DNA of 64,000 nt from the NCBI GenBank assembly GCA_964016885.1, contig OZ024752.1, positions 11,470,001-11,534,000 on the forward strand, read 5' to 3'. Position numbers and translations under genes: made by a program. Numbering within the stretch: position 1 is the stretch's first letter; each line of letters starts with the position of its first letter. Positions 14,431-28,442 of the stretch are shown here, one piece after another. The stretch comes from Eledone cirrhosa. Lineage: Eukaryota. The notes below the pieces were generated by a model, which worked only from the letters and a program-made list of their open reading frames with translations, was not told the origin of the DNA and made no database searches.

Positions 14431-15050
14431 TGTATGTATATATATGTATGTACATATATATTTGTGTGTGTGTGTGTATGTATATATACATATATGTATG
14501 AATGTATGTATGTATATATGTATGTGTATATGCATTTGTGTGTGACTGTATAAATTATATATATATATATATATCAATTGTGGCGAGATTCATTCCTTGT
14601 GTTAGGGCATATATTTATAATTTATTGAACATGTTAGCCCCATAAATACTACATACATGTTGTCTCCATATTTCCTGTTTACGGAAAATACTTAACACAG
14701 TACATCAGTATCTTTCAATGTTTGGAAACTAAAGAAGTGTTTCAACGTTGCTAGTTGTGAAAACGCAGAAGCGAGCCAGGTTCCTGCTGTCTGTTCATTA
14801 GTAGCAGAGATGGATAGAGATTGAAAAAAAGGAAAATAACTTTTTGATGTCACCTTGAGTTTTTTAAAGTAATTCCATTACCGATTCTTTGATTTACATA
14901 TATATACATATATATATATATAACGTTGAGTATGTGTTGGTTGTTTTCCGACACTTGTTTATATATATATATGTATAGTGCAAATTTATACGGGAACAAA
15001 ACAAAGAAGCAGACAAATAAAGGTTTATTAGGTTCACGCTTTTGAGAGTG

Positions 15051-15132
<82 letters not shown>

Positions 15133-15137
<5 letters not shown>

Positions 15138-15320
15138 GATTCTACAGGACTAGAACTGTTTCATTCTTTAGAAATCATCAGGAATCATCAGATGATTTCT
15201 AAAGAATGAAACAGTTCTAGTCCTGTAGAATCTCATCTATATTAAAACTTTTATTCTCTGCTATGTATTGAGTACCTTACTTACTGTGGTTACCTCCGAT
15301 TCAACCTGGAATAACTTACC
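15133..15320 (+). mobile_element. Family A element as a compact hairpin; intact hammerhead on minus strand at 15137-15186
   Basis: gatgagattctacagg...tcatcag / gatgatttc...gaatctcatc inverted arms + tail. Confidence 0.85.
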
Positions 15321-15534
15321 TATATATATATATATTCCTTGTTTGTTTACTGCCTCGCTCGCTTTACGCGATTTACTTGTCCCAATAGCTTTATTTAGCT
15401 ATTGCTCGCACCAACCGGAGGTATATGATTTTTAAAGCGATGAAATACCAATGAAGGTTGGAAAATCACTGACGAAGGACTATTTTTATCATATGTAACC
15501 CATGTGCAACCACGCAGTATTCCTTCTTCTCATG

Positions 15535-15593
<59 letters not shown>

Positions 15594-16060
15594 CTTAAAC
15601 ATCTAGCATAGGCTACCTGTGCCAGCATTAAGACTTCTATTTATCGAGTAATTAACTCGAGCCATTTTCGAATAGAGAGAGGTTTACATGCATCTACTGC
15701 ATTTCTCGTGAACTACATTTTTACACATACTCTCAGCGGGTCTAACTTCCAACTGTGGTGCATAGGTGAGCTTATTTGTAACATGTGTCAAAATGTTTGA
15801 CTATCATCAAACATTAGAAAACTCTCAGAATGAGGAATCCTGCTTTTATTTATATATGTAATGGATGTTTCTCTGTAGCACACAAATCATATAACCATCA
15901 CAACCATAACTTACTAGCTATAATATAAAATTGTCTATTCTGTAATTCAGTATACGCGTCTCACACAGACACGGACAAACGTCTCTCTCTCTCTATGTAT
16001 CTATCTATCTATCTATCTATCTCTCTCTTTCTCTGTATATATATATATATATATATATAT

Positions 16061-16140
16061 AAAGAGAGTCTGGACCCCGACGGCGCTAGATCCGAACTCT
16101 GGTGCATTATGGTCCACCTGGTTTCTTACCACACCCTCTT

Positions 16141-16147
<7 letters not shown>
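16061..16147 (+). mobile_element. Family B element, internally deleted
   Basis: ggaccccgacgg...actctggtgcattatggtccacctgg. Confidence 0.7.
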
Positions 16148-16174
<27 letters not shown>

Positions 16175-16177
<3 letters not shown>

Positions 16178-16466
16178 AACAAAAGATGGTTAAAGGAGTT
16201 CCATGTATTTTATTATGCGCATTTCAAACTATCCACAAGTGTTTTTTAGCCTTCATATCATGTCCTCCTGTTTTATCTGATAAAAACACAAATATTATTG
16301 CATGATGATATTTGTTTTTGAAATGCGCATAATAAAATACATGGAACTCCTTTAACCATCTTTTGTTCTTATATATTATGTATACTCCAGTCCCACAAAC
16401 TGTAGAGTGCTTCTTATCCGATATCTGCATTGCTTTATTGTACTACAATAAAACTCACCTCCTACA
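16175..16466 (+). mobile_element. Penelope-type mini-element family C (inverted arm + hammerhead with G8A core change + tail)
   Basis: ttttat-CTGATAA-...-GAAA-tgcgca-TA-ataaaa at 16271-16337; inverted 50-bp arm at 16175. Confidence 0.82.
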
Positions 16467-16487
16467 TATACATATATGTATATATAT

Positions 16488-16722
16488 ATTGTTATACTTT
16501 GGGAGGGTCATGTTCCCAATAAGAAACACACTCACCAGTTGCTTTCACTCCAATTTATTATAAATTAAAAAATAAATTTTTTTTTTTTTAATTTATAATA
16601 AATTGAAGTGAAACACTGGTCCGTGTGTTTCTTATTCTCAACATGACCCTCCCAAAGTATAACAATATCGGTTTCAACACACGTTTTCAGATAAAGAATC
16701 TTGCTAAACAAATTCAGAAACG
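16488..16722 (+). mobile_element. Family F element (inverted arms + tail)
   Basis: tattgttatactttgggagggtcatgtt / aacatgaccctcccaaagtataacaata; tail identical to 41918-41972. Confidence 0.8.
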
Positions 16723-16725
16723 ATA

Positions 16726-16817
<92 letters not shown>

Positions 16818-16833
16818 TAGAGAGAGAGAGAGA

Positions 16834-16877
<44 letters not shown>

Positions 16878-17200
16878 TGGATTGAGAGGAGAGGGTGTGT
16901 GGTTACTGATAAAGGGTGTTAGAAGATAAGGGGTCACAAACAAGAGACGGACAGTCTCCCTTCGTCAGTAGTTTACTACAGGTCACGGATGTTTCAGCGC
17001 ATTATTAACTATACATCTATCCGTAACGCACCCATAGCCTTTTATCTATCAAAATGCCATGAGGGAGAGAAATAAAATAAGAGAGAAGAAAAAAGAAAAA
17101 AAGGAAAGAAAAAGTAAACATACCGATAGAAGGGAGAACACGGGACAATGGTACATGTAAGCAAGTAACCGACAGAATGGAGATCAAGTTAAAAAAAGCC

Positions 17201-17274
<74 letters not shown>

Positions 17275-17511
17275 ATATATATACAAAAGTACAGCATATT
17301 AGAAGTTCGAGTAGCAGCTAAGCCAACGAATGCCTTCAGCAGTGCAGCCAAGCACTCGACAAGGTATAGACCTCAGATTAATAACATACAGTTTAAAGGG
17401 CTTTGCAAATTGAAAATAGCGACCATTAATTGAAGCTGCGTGATCTGTAGCAACGAAAGGACTGACTAGTGATAAACAAAATACACACACACATACACAC
17501 ACATATATGCA

Positions 17512-18436
<925 letters not shown>

Positions 18437-18976
18437 TACAACGCCGTTCTTAGTCCTCGAACTGGCTGCTTTACATAAGTAGAAGTTATTTATGACTGCC
18501 CAGACATTATAACCCCCTACAGTTAATCTTATTGAAACTCTCCTCCCGACCTAAACTTTTGTCTTTAATTGATTTAATAATACCAGAAATACGTATAAAG
18601 ATTCGGTTTACAGATTCATTTAATGATATATAAACATTTCGCAGCAATAATGATTATTGTTACTTTCACTTAATCAAACAAAAATAAAATTTAATGATCA
18701 AATTATAAACTCGTAAATTATAATGTAAAACCTGCAATGTTGTTTCCATTTCCATGACATAGCCATGTTCATGCTGGCCGTATATATTACCACCTATGTA
18801 ACATCACACTAATCTCCTTATAATGTCATCTCAAATAGTAACTCATTAATTTTGCTTATTTTGGTTAATTATAAAATACAATGTATTAATTATAATTAAT
18901 CATAATATACATTTTCATATCGTTTTCTTTTTCCTTTTCTTAAATTTTTTTTTTTAAATTATGGTTTTTCTTGTTT

Positions 18977-19151
18977 TTCTTCTTCTTCTTCTTCTTCTTC
19001 TTCTTCTTCTTCTTCTTCTTCTTCTTCTTCTTCTCTCGTTTCTTCTTCTTCTTCTTCTTCTTCTTCTTCTTCTTCTTCTTCTTCTTCTTCTTCTTCTTCT
19101 TCTTCTTCTTCTTCTTCTTCTTCTTCTTCTTCTTCTTCTTCTTCTTCTTCT
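18977..19151. repeat. (TTC)n/(GAA)n trinucleotide array
   Basis: About 58 units with one interruption. Confidence 0.97.
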
Positions 19152-19384
19152 TGTGTGGGTCGTGGGCGCACAGTCCTCAAACACTCCTTCCAGCAGGTCC
19201 TATCACAAGCAACCGACTCCAACTGATCCGGTTGGATACCCAAACAAGACCAGCCAAGCTCATGGATGTTATCCAACAATCTTGCTCGGGGTCTACCACC
19301 TCTGGGTCTCTTACCAGTTGCTTTTACCCATGAAATCTGTCCAGCGATTCTTTCCTAAAACATTCTAACCACACTACCATGCAT
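19152..19384 (-). mobile_element. RTE-type LINE 3' end fragment
   Basis: Minus translation GRPRARLLDNIHE..LESVACDRTCWKECL fits the RTE ORF2 C-terminal GRP...DR..W motif; runs into the (GAA)n tail. Confidence 0.7.
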
Positions 19385-19568
19385 AACTGTTTCTACTTTT
19401 GGCACAAGGCCAGCAATCACCCCAGTGCATTACTGGTACTTTATTTTATCGACCCCGTAAGGATGAAAGGCAAAGTTAACCTAGGCAGTATTTGAACTCA
19501 GATCGTAAAGAGCCGTAACTCTATGCTGCAAAGAATGATGTCTGACGCTCTACCGATACTGCCAATCC
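19385..19568 (-). mobile_element. SINE family 1, near full length
   Basis: Identity to the family consensus. Confidence 0.9.
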
Positions 19569-19967
19569 TCTACAACAAAACATGGGCGTCCGTGTTCTGC
19601 AGCTGTTCACGTTGTGGCGAGTCAATAAATCTTAAGCGACAACTATTCCGTTACATGAAAGCTGTATGTGACAAATTCCATTTATTGTGGCAACGGGGTG
19701 CCATCCTTTGTAATGTATTGTCATCCAGATATTAGGTGAAGGATACTGAATATCCATTTTCTTCAAGGACCTTTTATAAGTCTTTGGTGCTGGTGTTTTT
19801 GTCCATAATCTCACTAAATCTGACTCGTATCAGACAGACCTCTGTTCGTAGCTGGAGTGTTTTGCTCTGGTCGGGGCGACAGAGGCGTTGTACATTAATA
19901 GGCTTCTTCGTGTAACCTGTCAGTATAGTGTGTAGAAGACGCATCCCTCTTTCATTATTTTGAGTTA

Positions 19968-20150
19968 GGCGGTGGATTGGCAGTATCGGTAGAGGGTCGG
20001 ACGCCATGCTTTGCAGCATAGTTATGTCCCTTTACGATCTGAGTTCAAATCCCGCCGGGGTTGACTTTGCCTTTCATCCTTACGGGGTCGATAAAATAAA
20101 GTACCAGTAATGCAAGGGTAATTGCTGGCCTTGTGCCTAAAGTAGAAACA
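19968..20150 (+). mobile_element. SINE family 1, full-length with target-site duplication
   Basis: A-box-like tggcagtatcgg, B box gagttcaaatcc; TSD attattttgagtta at 19954 and 20151. Confidence 0.95.
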
Positions 20151-20266
20151 ATTATTTTGAGTTAGAGATATATCCGAGAAAATGATCCAATGTTGTTGGA
20201 ATATTCTCAACGCCAATGCTATAACCGCAAGCGACAAAACTTAACTCTCATGGCAAGGCTTTAAAT

Positions 20267-20541
20267 CAGTCATGGGCAACATGCGGCCCGCGAAGCTTTC
20301 TAAGTCAACTAAGTGAAATTTTTCTGATTTTTTTTCCCCCTCATTTCAATCGTAATTTATCTTTCTATCACTTTTATGATCGAGGAAAACAAAGTGTACA
20401 AATTCTGAAGAAACAAATCAAAACAACCTGAGTTACCACACTTGTTTTTAAAGTGGGCACGAATGTAAATTAGCGCTTGCGGCCCGCCATATAAGCCATA
20501 TCTCATGCGGCCCGCTTCTCGAAAATGTTTGCCAATGCCTC
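20267..20541 (+). mobile_element. hAT-type MITE
   Basis: Imperfect TIRs cagtcatgggcaac / gtttgccaatgcctc, repeated gcggcccgc motifs, 8-bp TSD ctttaaat/ctttaaag. Confidence 0.75.
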
Positions 20542-21180
20542 CTTTAAAGGATAAAATACTGCTATTCCTATACGAAAGCAAAGACTAAAAAGTCTAAAAT
20601 TAGTATTTGTATTTTTAAAAATCCTTGGTCCATGGAAACTGAAAGCTCTCCTTCTCGCTCTTTCTCTCTCGTTCTCTTTCTCTTTCAATCTGACAAAATC
20701 CTATATTCAAAATGTTATGATACCTTTATACCCAAAGAATACGAACATGTTCTAATTCATAAAACTCTACAGCATCTACAATACATAGATCGGCCATTTT
20801 GAAATGTGATGCAGCTAGAATCGACTTTGCATATGTATATATATCCCTCTAGTATATGCAAATACCAGTAAAATACTTCAGTCTATTTGATTGATTATTC
20901 CCAATACTCTTGAATAATTGATTTTTATTCTAATCCAACAGAAGTATTATTTGTATTATTATTATTATTATTATAGTAAAATGTGCTACAGACTAATAAT
21001 AGGAAACAACGGAGTTTACGCCGCATCCAGCCTGGAATAATTTCGCGAGAAAAATTATTGATGGGTCTCCGTATCATAAAGCCGGGTGGGCACTGTGTGT
21101 GTGTGTGTGTGTGTGTGTCTCTCTTTCTTTTTCTCTCTCTGCATACATATATATATATATAAATATACAAACAGAAGTAT

Positions 21181-21244
<64 letters not shown>

Positions 21245-21248
<4 letters not shown>

Positions 21249-21253
21249 AACAC

Positions 21254-21299
<46 letters not shown>

Positions 21300-21387
21300 A
21301 ACACACATATTATTATATATATATATAAGTATATTTAAATATACAAAAACATTCATTATTTATATATACAAACACATTCATTATATA

Positions 21388-21459
<72 letters not shown>

Positions 21460-21589
21460 AACACACATATTATTATATATATATATAAGTATATTTAAAT
21501 ATACAAAAACATTCATTATATATATATATACAAACACACATATTGTTATATATATATATATAAGTATATTTAAATATACAAACACATTC

Positions 21590-21600
<11 letters not shown>
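21245..21600. repeat. AT-rich minisatellite interleaved with (TA)n
   Basis: acaaacacacatatt...aagtatatttaaatatacaaa..cattcattat recurs 3 times. Confidence 0.8.
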
Positions 21601-21651
<51 letters not shown>

Positions 21652-22184
21652 CATACATATGCATGAGTGTATAATGTTTGAATTTGTGTGTATATGTAAG
21701 TATGTGTAAAGGTGTATGTTTTCGTATATATATTCATATTCATGTATATACGTGTAGAGATATTTTTTGTTCTGTTGCCAAAATATTTCCAAATATGACG
21801 TCAGAACTATCGTCTATTCCCATCAGAAGGAATAGAAATAGAAATATTATAAAATACGAATGCAATGAATATATCGATTGATTTTTATGGAGAGGAAAAA
21901 ATATATATACAAAAGAAAAAAAAACTCGTAAAATCCCTCATAAATCTTCTTTGCATAATCGATTAAACCAGAGAACATGAATGAAATGGTGAATAAAAGC
22001 AGATGATATTCATTCAATATAGCTACTGCAAATATTGTGTCTGGTACATATTGAGTCGCAGTTCATGTATTATACACAACCTGTTTTAAACAGAAGCAAA
22101 TCCATCTACAGAAATCAATATATGCACTGATAGTATGTGCATAAAAGTATATATGCACATTATATATGCAACATTGTGTACAAG

Positions 22185-22186
22185 TA

Positions 22187-22218
<32 letters not shown>

Positions 22219-22220
22219 CA

Positions 22221-22299
<79 letters not shown>

Positions 22300-22333
22300 G
22301 TACGTAGATAAATATATATATATATATACGTAG

Positions 22334-22391
<58 letters not shown>

Positions 22392-22417
22392 GTATATAAA
22401 TATATATATATACGTAG

Positions 22418-22459
<42 letters not shown>

Positions 22460-22570
22460 GTATATAAATATATATATATACGTAGATAAATATATATATA
22501 TATATATATGCATGTATGTATATATGTATGTATATATATATATATATATGCACGTATGTATTTATGTATG

Positions 22571-22631
<61 letters not shown>

Positions 22632-22646
22632 TTGTATGTATGTGTG

Positions 22647-22720
<74 letters not shown>

Positions 22721-22959
22721 GATGTATGTATATATGTATGGATGTATGTATATATGTATGGATGTATGTATATATGTATGGATGTATGTATATATGTATG
22801 GATGTATGTATATATGTATGTATATATATGTATGCATGTATGTATATATGTATGTATATATATATAATATATATGCATGTATGTATATATGTATGCATGT
22901 ATGTATGTATGTATATATGTATGCATGTATGTATATATGTATGCATGTATGTATGTATG

Positions 22960-23013
<54 letters not shown>

Positions 23014-23036
23014 TATGTATATATGTATGTATATAT
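22185..23036. repeat. (TA)n/(TATG)n compound microsatellite with 20-bp higher-order unit
   Basis: gtatggatgtatgtatatat x5 at 22716-22815. Confidence 0.95.
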
Positions 23037-23146
23037 GTTTGAGCAGGGAATCACTGCTTTCACCCTTAACGGATCTTCAGAAGATCCCGTTGGGGGGGTG
23101 AAAGCAGCGATTCTTTGCTTGAACTTTGGTCTGTTATTTTAATAAA
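23037..23146. mobile_element. Family H element, hairpin form, hammerhead core on minus strand (23037-23080)
   Basis: Minus: CTGAAGA-tcc gttaa gggt-GAAA-gcag tgattcc ctgc-TC-aaac; homologous to 46020-46091 and 59030-59122. Confidence 0.72.
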
Positions 23147-23854
23147 TATATATATATATATGTATGTACATTATGAAGAGAGAAGAAACATTTAGATATA
23201 ATTAGTAATAAAATGTATCATACCTAAACTGCTCCTAGATTCCTCGACTACGTAGTTTCGTGGCATAAACAAAAACAATACATCATAAAGATATAGAGTC
23301 CTTGCGAGGTCTGCCGACTTATCAAGAGGATACCTCATTTTACTAGTCTCAAGAACGCGTCCACACGACGTGAGAAAGAATCCCAAAAGGCGGAGGGGGA
23401 GATAGTCACGCGATATAACGGTCGAGAAACAGAGCTAAGCCTCTTATAACCCCGAAGAAAATATCACGGAGGCGGAGGGGCTATTTATATCGAAATGTAT
23501 ATATATATGTATGAATGTAAATATATATATATGTATGTATGTGTATATATATCTATGTGTGTGTATATGTATGTATGTGTATGTATATGTATGTATGTGT
23601 ATATATATGTATGTATGTGCATATATATGTATGTATGTGTATATATGTATGTATGTGTATATATGTATGTGTGTATATATGTATTTGTATATATATATGC
23701 GTATATATATATGTGTGTATATATATGTGTGTATATATATATATGTATGTATATATATATGTATGTATGTATAGATATGTATAGATATAGATATATATGT
23801 ATATGTGTATGTATGTATGTATGTATGTATGTATGTATGTATGTATGTATATCT

Positions 23855-24136
23855 CTTAAAAGAGTGGGACTGGCCTTGTGCAGTGCCTTTGCTCACTATA
23901 AAAGCTTCACGGCACAGGCATTGCTTTATATCTGGTGATCTCTCTGCACTTGTCGTCACATGGTACCATGGGCCCAGCACTATGTGTCAATAATTGTCAC
24001 AAGTGTAGTGTTTGTACCAGAGTTTTCAAGTCGCTGGCTGGACTAAAAAGTCACACTCGTTCAGCGCAGCGGTAGGGGTTCTCCTACATGGATATAAAGT
24101 AGTGGCCGTACTCGAAAACGAGTTGGCAGCCACCAT
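23855..24136 (+). mobile_element. RTE-derived non-coding retroposon, 5'-truncated
   Basis: Reverse complement of 8485-8762; (TATG)n on both sides. Confidence 0.8.
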
Positions 24137-24157
24137 GTATATATGTATGTATGTATG

Positions 24158-24238
<81 letters not shown>

Positions 24239-24513
24239 ATGTAGGTATGTATGTATGCATGTATGTATATATGTATATATATATATCTATATATCTATAT
24301 GGATGTAGGTATGTATGTATGTATATATATATAAGGATGTAGGTATATATATATATATATATGTAGGTATATATATATATGTATGTACATATATATATAT
24401 ATGTATGCAGATATATATATATATATGTATGTAGAAATTATATATGTATGAATGTATGTAGATATATATATGCATGTAGATATATATATGTATGTAGATA
24501 TGTGTATGTAGAG

Positions 24514-24546
<33 letters not shown>

Positions 24547-24549
<3 letters not shown>

Positions 24550-24700
24550 AAAAAGTATGACCCCGACGGCAGAGCTCAAGCCGTTTCGACGGCTATTTCT
24601 GGACGCGTCATACTTTTTCCTATTTCCCACTCTACTACCCTAAGTATTGAGTACTCTGGTGCGTTATGGTCCATCTGATTCCTTACCACAATTCCTTTGT

Positions 24701-24702
<2 letters not shown>
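24547..24702 (+). mobile_element. Family B element
   Basis: ggaaaaagtatgac / gtcatactttttcc arms + tail. Confidence 0.8.
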
Positions 24703-24731
<29 letters not shown>

Positions 24732-24858
24732 AAGTAGATATATATATATATGTGTGTGTGTATGTATGTTGATATATATATATATGTATGTGTGTATGTA
24801 GATGTATATACATATATATATATATATATATTTGTATGTAGATATATATATATGTATG

Positions 24859-24889
<31 letters not shown>

Positions 24890-24924
24890 GTATATACATA
24901 TATATATAAATATATATATACAAA

Positions 24925-25350
24925 CATAAATTATCGAGATTCGCATTTCGGCCCACGAAATAACGAAAAACAACCTCCGAGATGTGAGGCAAGTGCTCAA
25001 TGATTCAGATGAACCAGAGCTATAACAAACGTTAAAGGCCAAACACACTGAGACGATGGTTAAACAATCATTCGCATAGCCCAAAAAACGATCAAGTAAT
25101 TCGGGTATTGAAAATTTACCCGGACCCCTGGAAGGTTGGTAACATCCAGTATATGGGTTTCTGCGGCTCCTAAATCAAGTACCGTCCGCTTACATAAATA
25201 ATGTCAGGCTTCTGGTAAGATGATTGAACAAGGAAGCCACTTTCTCAACCGGCTTTAGTTCAATGTTAATACAAGGACTGACTATTGCTGACTCGACGTG
25301 GGGATCGGCAAGGGAGGCAACCCCTATATCAGGCGAATGAATTCAGTTGT
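24925..25350 (-). mobile_element. Repeat family J (3' tail also at 45198-45267)
   Basis: gaaaaacaac(c/t)tccgagatgtg.ggcaag(t/c)gctc shared in opposite orientation; gctc..gagcac tail hairpin. Confidence 0.55.
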
Positions 25351-25431
25351 TATATATATATATATAAAATGGAATACTGTTGGCTTCTTGCTACAATAAT
25401 TTCTATACTCTTCATTTATATTTACTTTTCA

Positions 25432-25489
<58 letters not shown>

Positions 25490-25772
25490 TATGTTTGTGT
25501 GTCTGTCCCTGTGCGACTTTCTTAAGCGACAACTATTTGTGTGTGTGTATATGGGTGTTTGTATGTATAGATCTGTGTTATCAATTGGTCATTATTTACT
25601 TCGAACTTCGAAGTTCCACCCGTCTATCATGAGAAACCAAATCGATAATGCAGTATCGATAAACAGTCAACACTGATAATAAATATTATTTTAACTCTAT
25701 CAGCATTGAATATTGAATCCTTTCCTCGTTGTATGTTTAGTGTACCTAGCTGTAAAAACCTAAAATAAAGCA

Positions 25773-25833
<61 letters not shown>

Positions 25834-25882
25834 GCACACCACACACACGCACACACACATACACACGTACACACACACATGC

Positions 25883-25917
<35 letters not shown>

Positions 25918-25951
25918 ATAATAATAATAATACTAATAATAATGATATAAT

Positions 25952-26055
25952 AATTGTTTCTACTATTGGCACAAGGCCAGCAAAAATACCCAGTGTATTA
26001 CTGCTACTTTATTTTATCGACTTCCGTAAGGATGAAAGGCAAATTTAACCTCAGC
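25952..26055 (-). mobile_element. SINE family 1, 3' fragment
   Basis: Identity to the consensus. Confidence 0.85.
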
Positions 26056-26959
26056 AATACAATACAATGACGATTTATCAAGCCTCCATTACGTTTATTG
26101 ATTGGTGACGCGCGTTTCGCTATTGATCATCTCAAGGTTCGATCTGTATCGATCTGGCCTGACTCTGGAAACAAAAGCTCGAAATTAAGAGAAAGAGAGA
26201 CAGGCATACATACATACATTTCCGTAAGCGTGGAAGCATTGGCAAAAATTGATGTACGAAACAGCGTTTGTATAAATAGATATACGGTAATTTAATAGCA
26301 CGTGCTTCAAGGAGATCCACAGGTTTAGCTTTCCTAGGAAAGGTCGGGAGAATATTTATAGCACCATCATTTGTTTTTTCCTTGATCGGAGAAAATAGAT
26401 CTGACTAGTTACCATACAGAATTTCTGACTTTGCTAACATGCATGCTCATATATTCTTTTGCATCTAACATCTAACACTGTTCTACATTTGTTAATTAAT
26501 TTATATTCCCAACGCATTGATACAAAAATTAGGAGAACAATTTAGTTCAATTGAGTTTGTGCATGATAACTGCAGTAATAACCGCATTCTCTAAGGGGAC
26601 AAAGCAAATGCAAATAGATCTGAGATTAATCGTTACCAGGCGTTGAAACTAATCAGTTCGCACTCTTAGTTTTAGCTTGAGAACGAAATGCCTCTTTTAT
26701 GATCATAATGCCGACATTCAACATCAAGGCTCAAAATCTGTGCTTATTAAAAAGTTTTGTTTTTTTAATTTCTCTCTGTGAGACAGTGTTTCTCAGTATT
26801 AAAGGCTATCCCTCTCTCTCTCACTCATTTATCCTCCTCTCTCATCCTTCCTTCATTTACTCCTCCCCCGTCATTTTCTTTCTTCCTTTTCATTACCTTT
26901 TCCTTCCTCCTTACTTCTTTTTTTGCCCAATCTCATATATCCATCTTATTTTATTTTTC

Positions 26960-27125
26960 ATATGTAGATTTAACACTTCACTGCTCACAAGTGTTTTTTA
27001 AGCTGCATATCATGTCTTCCTATTTTATCTGATGAGAACGCAAATATCATCCCATGATGATATTTGTTTTTGAAATGCGCATAATAAAATATATGGAACC
27101 CTTTTAACCATCTTTTCATCTTATA
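26960..27125 (+). mobile_element. Family C arm without tail
   Basis: Homologous to 16232-16372. Confidence 0.8.
27021..27091 (+). ncRNA. Type I hammerhead ribozyme, family C
   Basis: tattttat-CTGATGA-gaacgcaaatatcatc cca tgatgatatttgttttt-GAAA-tgcgca-TA-ataaaata. Confidence 0.85.
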
Positions 27126-27529
27126 TATTTATATATATATATATTTATTCGGGTTTGAAGGTTCACTCTGGATAGAGCTGGTCAATTCCGTATGGTCAAT
27201 CTTAATGTAATAATATGGAGAGTACTCAACGTAAAGCAGTTCAACCGTCTTTGTTTTTGTAGTTGGTGGTGCTAGTACGGAGTTAAATATTATAATAAAA
27301 TGACAGGAGGCTGGGCCTTGTGTAAATCCTTGAAAGGTCATTTCAATGACTGGGTTCCGTATGAATCCGGCGGTATCATCAGATATTGGAAATACAATAA
27401 ATGAATGTAATAGGTAAAATCCATGGGGCTGAAAATCAAAGACAGGAGGGCGACCGACCATCTTGCATCTTCCACTTTAACCGGTCGCTAAAGTGGACGA
27501 TGCTAGATGGTCGGTCGTATATATATATG

Positions 27530-28045
<516 letters not shown>

Positions 28046-28060
28046 AAAAATATATATATA

Positions 28061-28290
28061 TATTGTTATACTTTGGGAAGGTCATGTTGCCAATAAAAAC
28101 TCACGCACCTGTTAATTTTCACTTCAATGTATTATAAATTTCCGGTTGGTTAGTTGGTTCGATAACCGGAAGGTTGTTTATATATTGTCAAAGCTCTTTC
28201 GTCACATATTATGTGACCTCCTCAGTGACTAGGTTTTTATTTTGTTTGTCTCTCCTTTGTTCTGTCCTACACAAATCTTGTTTTTGTGTG

Positions 28291-28292
<2 letters not shown>
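28061..28292 (-). mobile_element. Family F element
   Basis: Homologous to 41666-41917. Confidence 0.8.
28187..28229 (-). ncRNA. Type I hammerhead ribozyme, family F
   Basis: Minus: gtca-CTGAGGA-g gtcacat aat atgtgac-GAAA-gagc-TT-tgac. Confidence 0.82.
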
Positions 28293-28328
<36 letters not shown>

Positions 28329-28397
28329 CTTGATGTACAATGTCGGCATTATAATCATGAAAGAGGCATTTCTTTCTCTAGGTAAAACTAAGAGTGT

Positions 28398-28442
<45 letters not shown>

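Noticed and set aside
18954-19368. Poly-R/E/L/F ORFs
   Set aside because: Frames of the (TTC)n array; only the adjacent RTE fragment is meaningful
19968-20060. tRNA gene
   Set aside because: A/B boxes are the heads of multi-copy SINEs with TSDs; no cloverleaf
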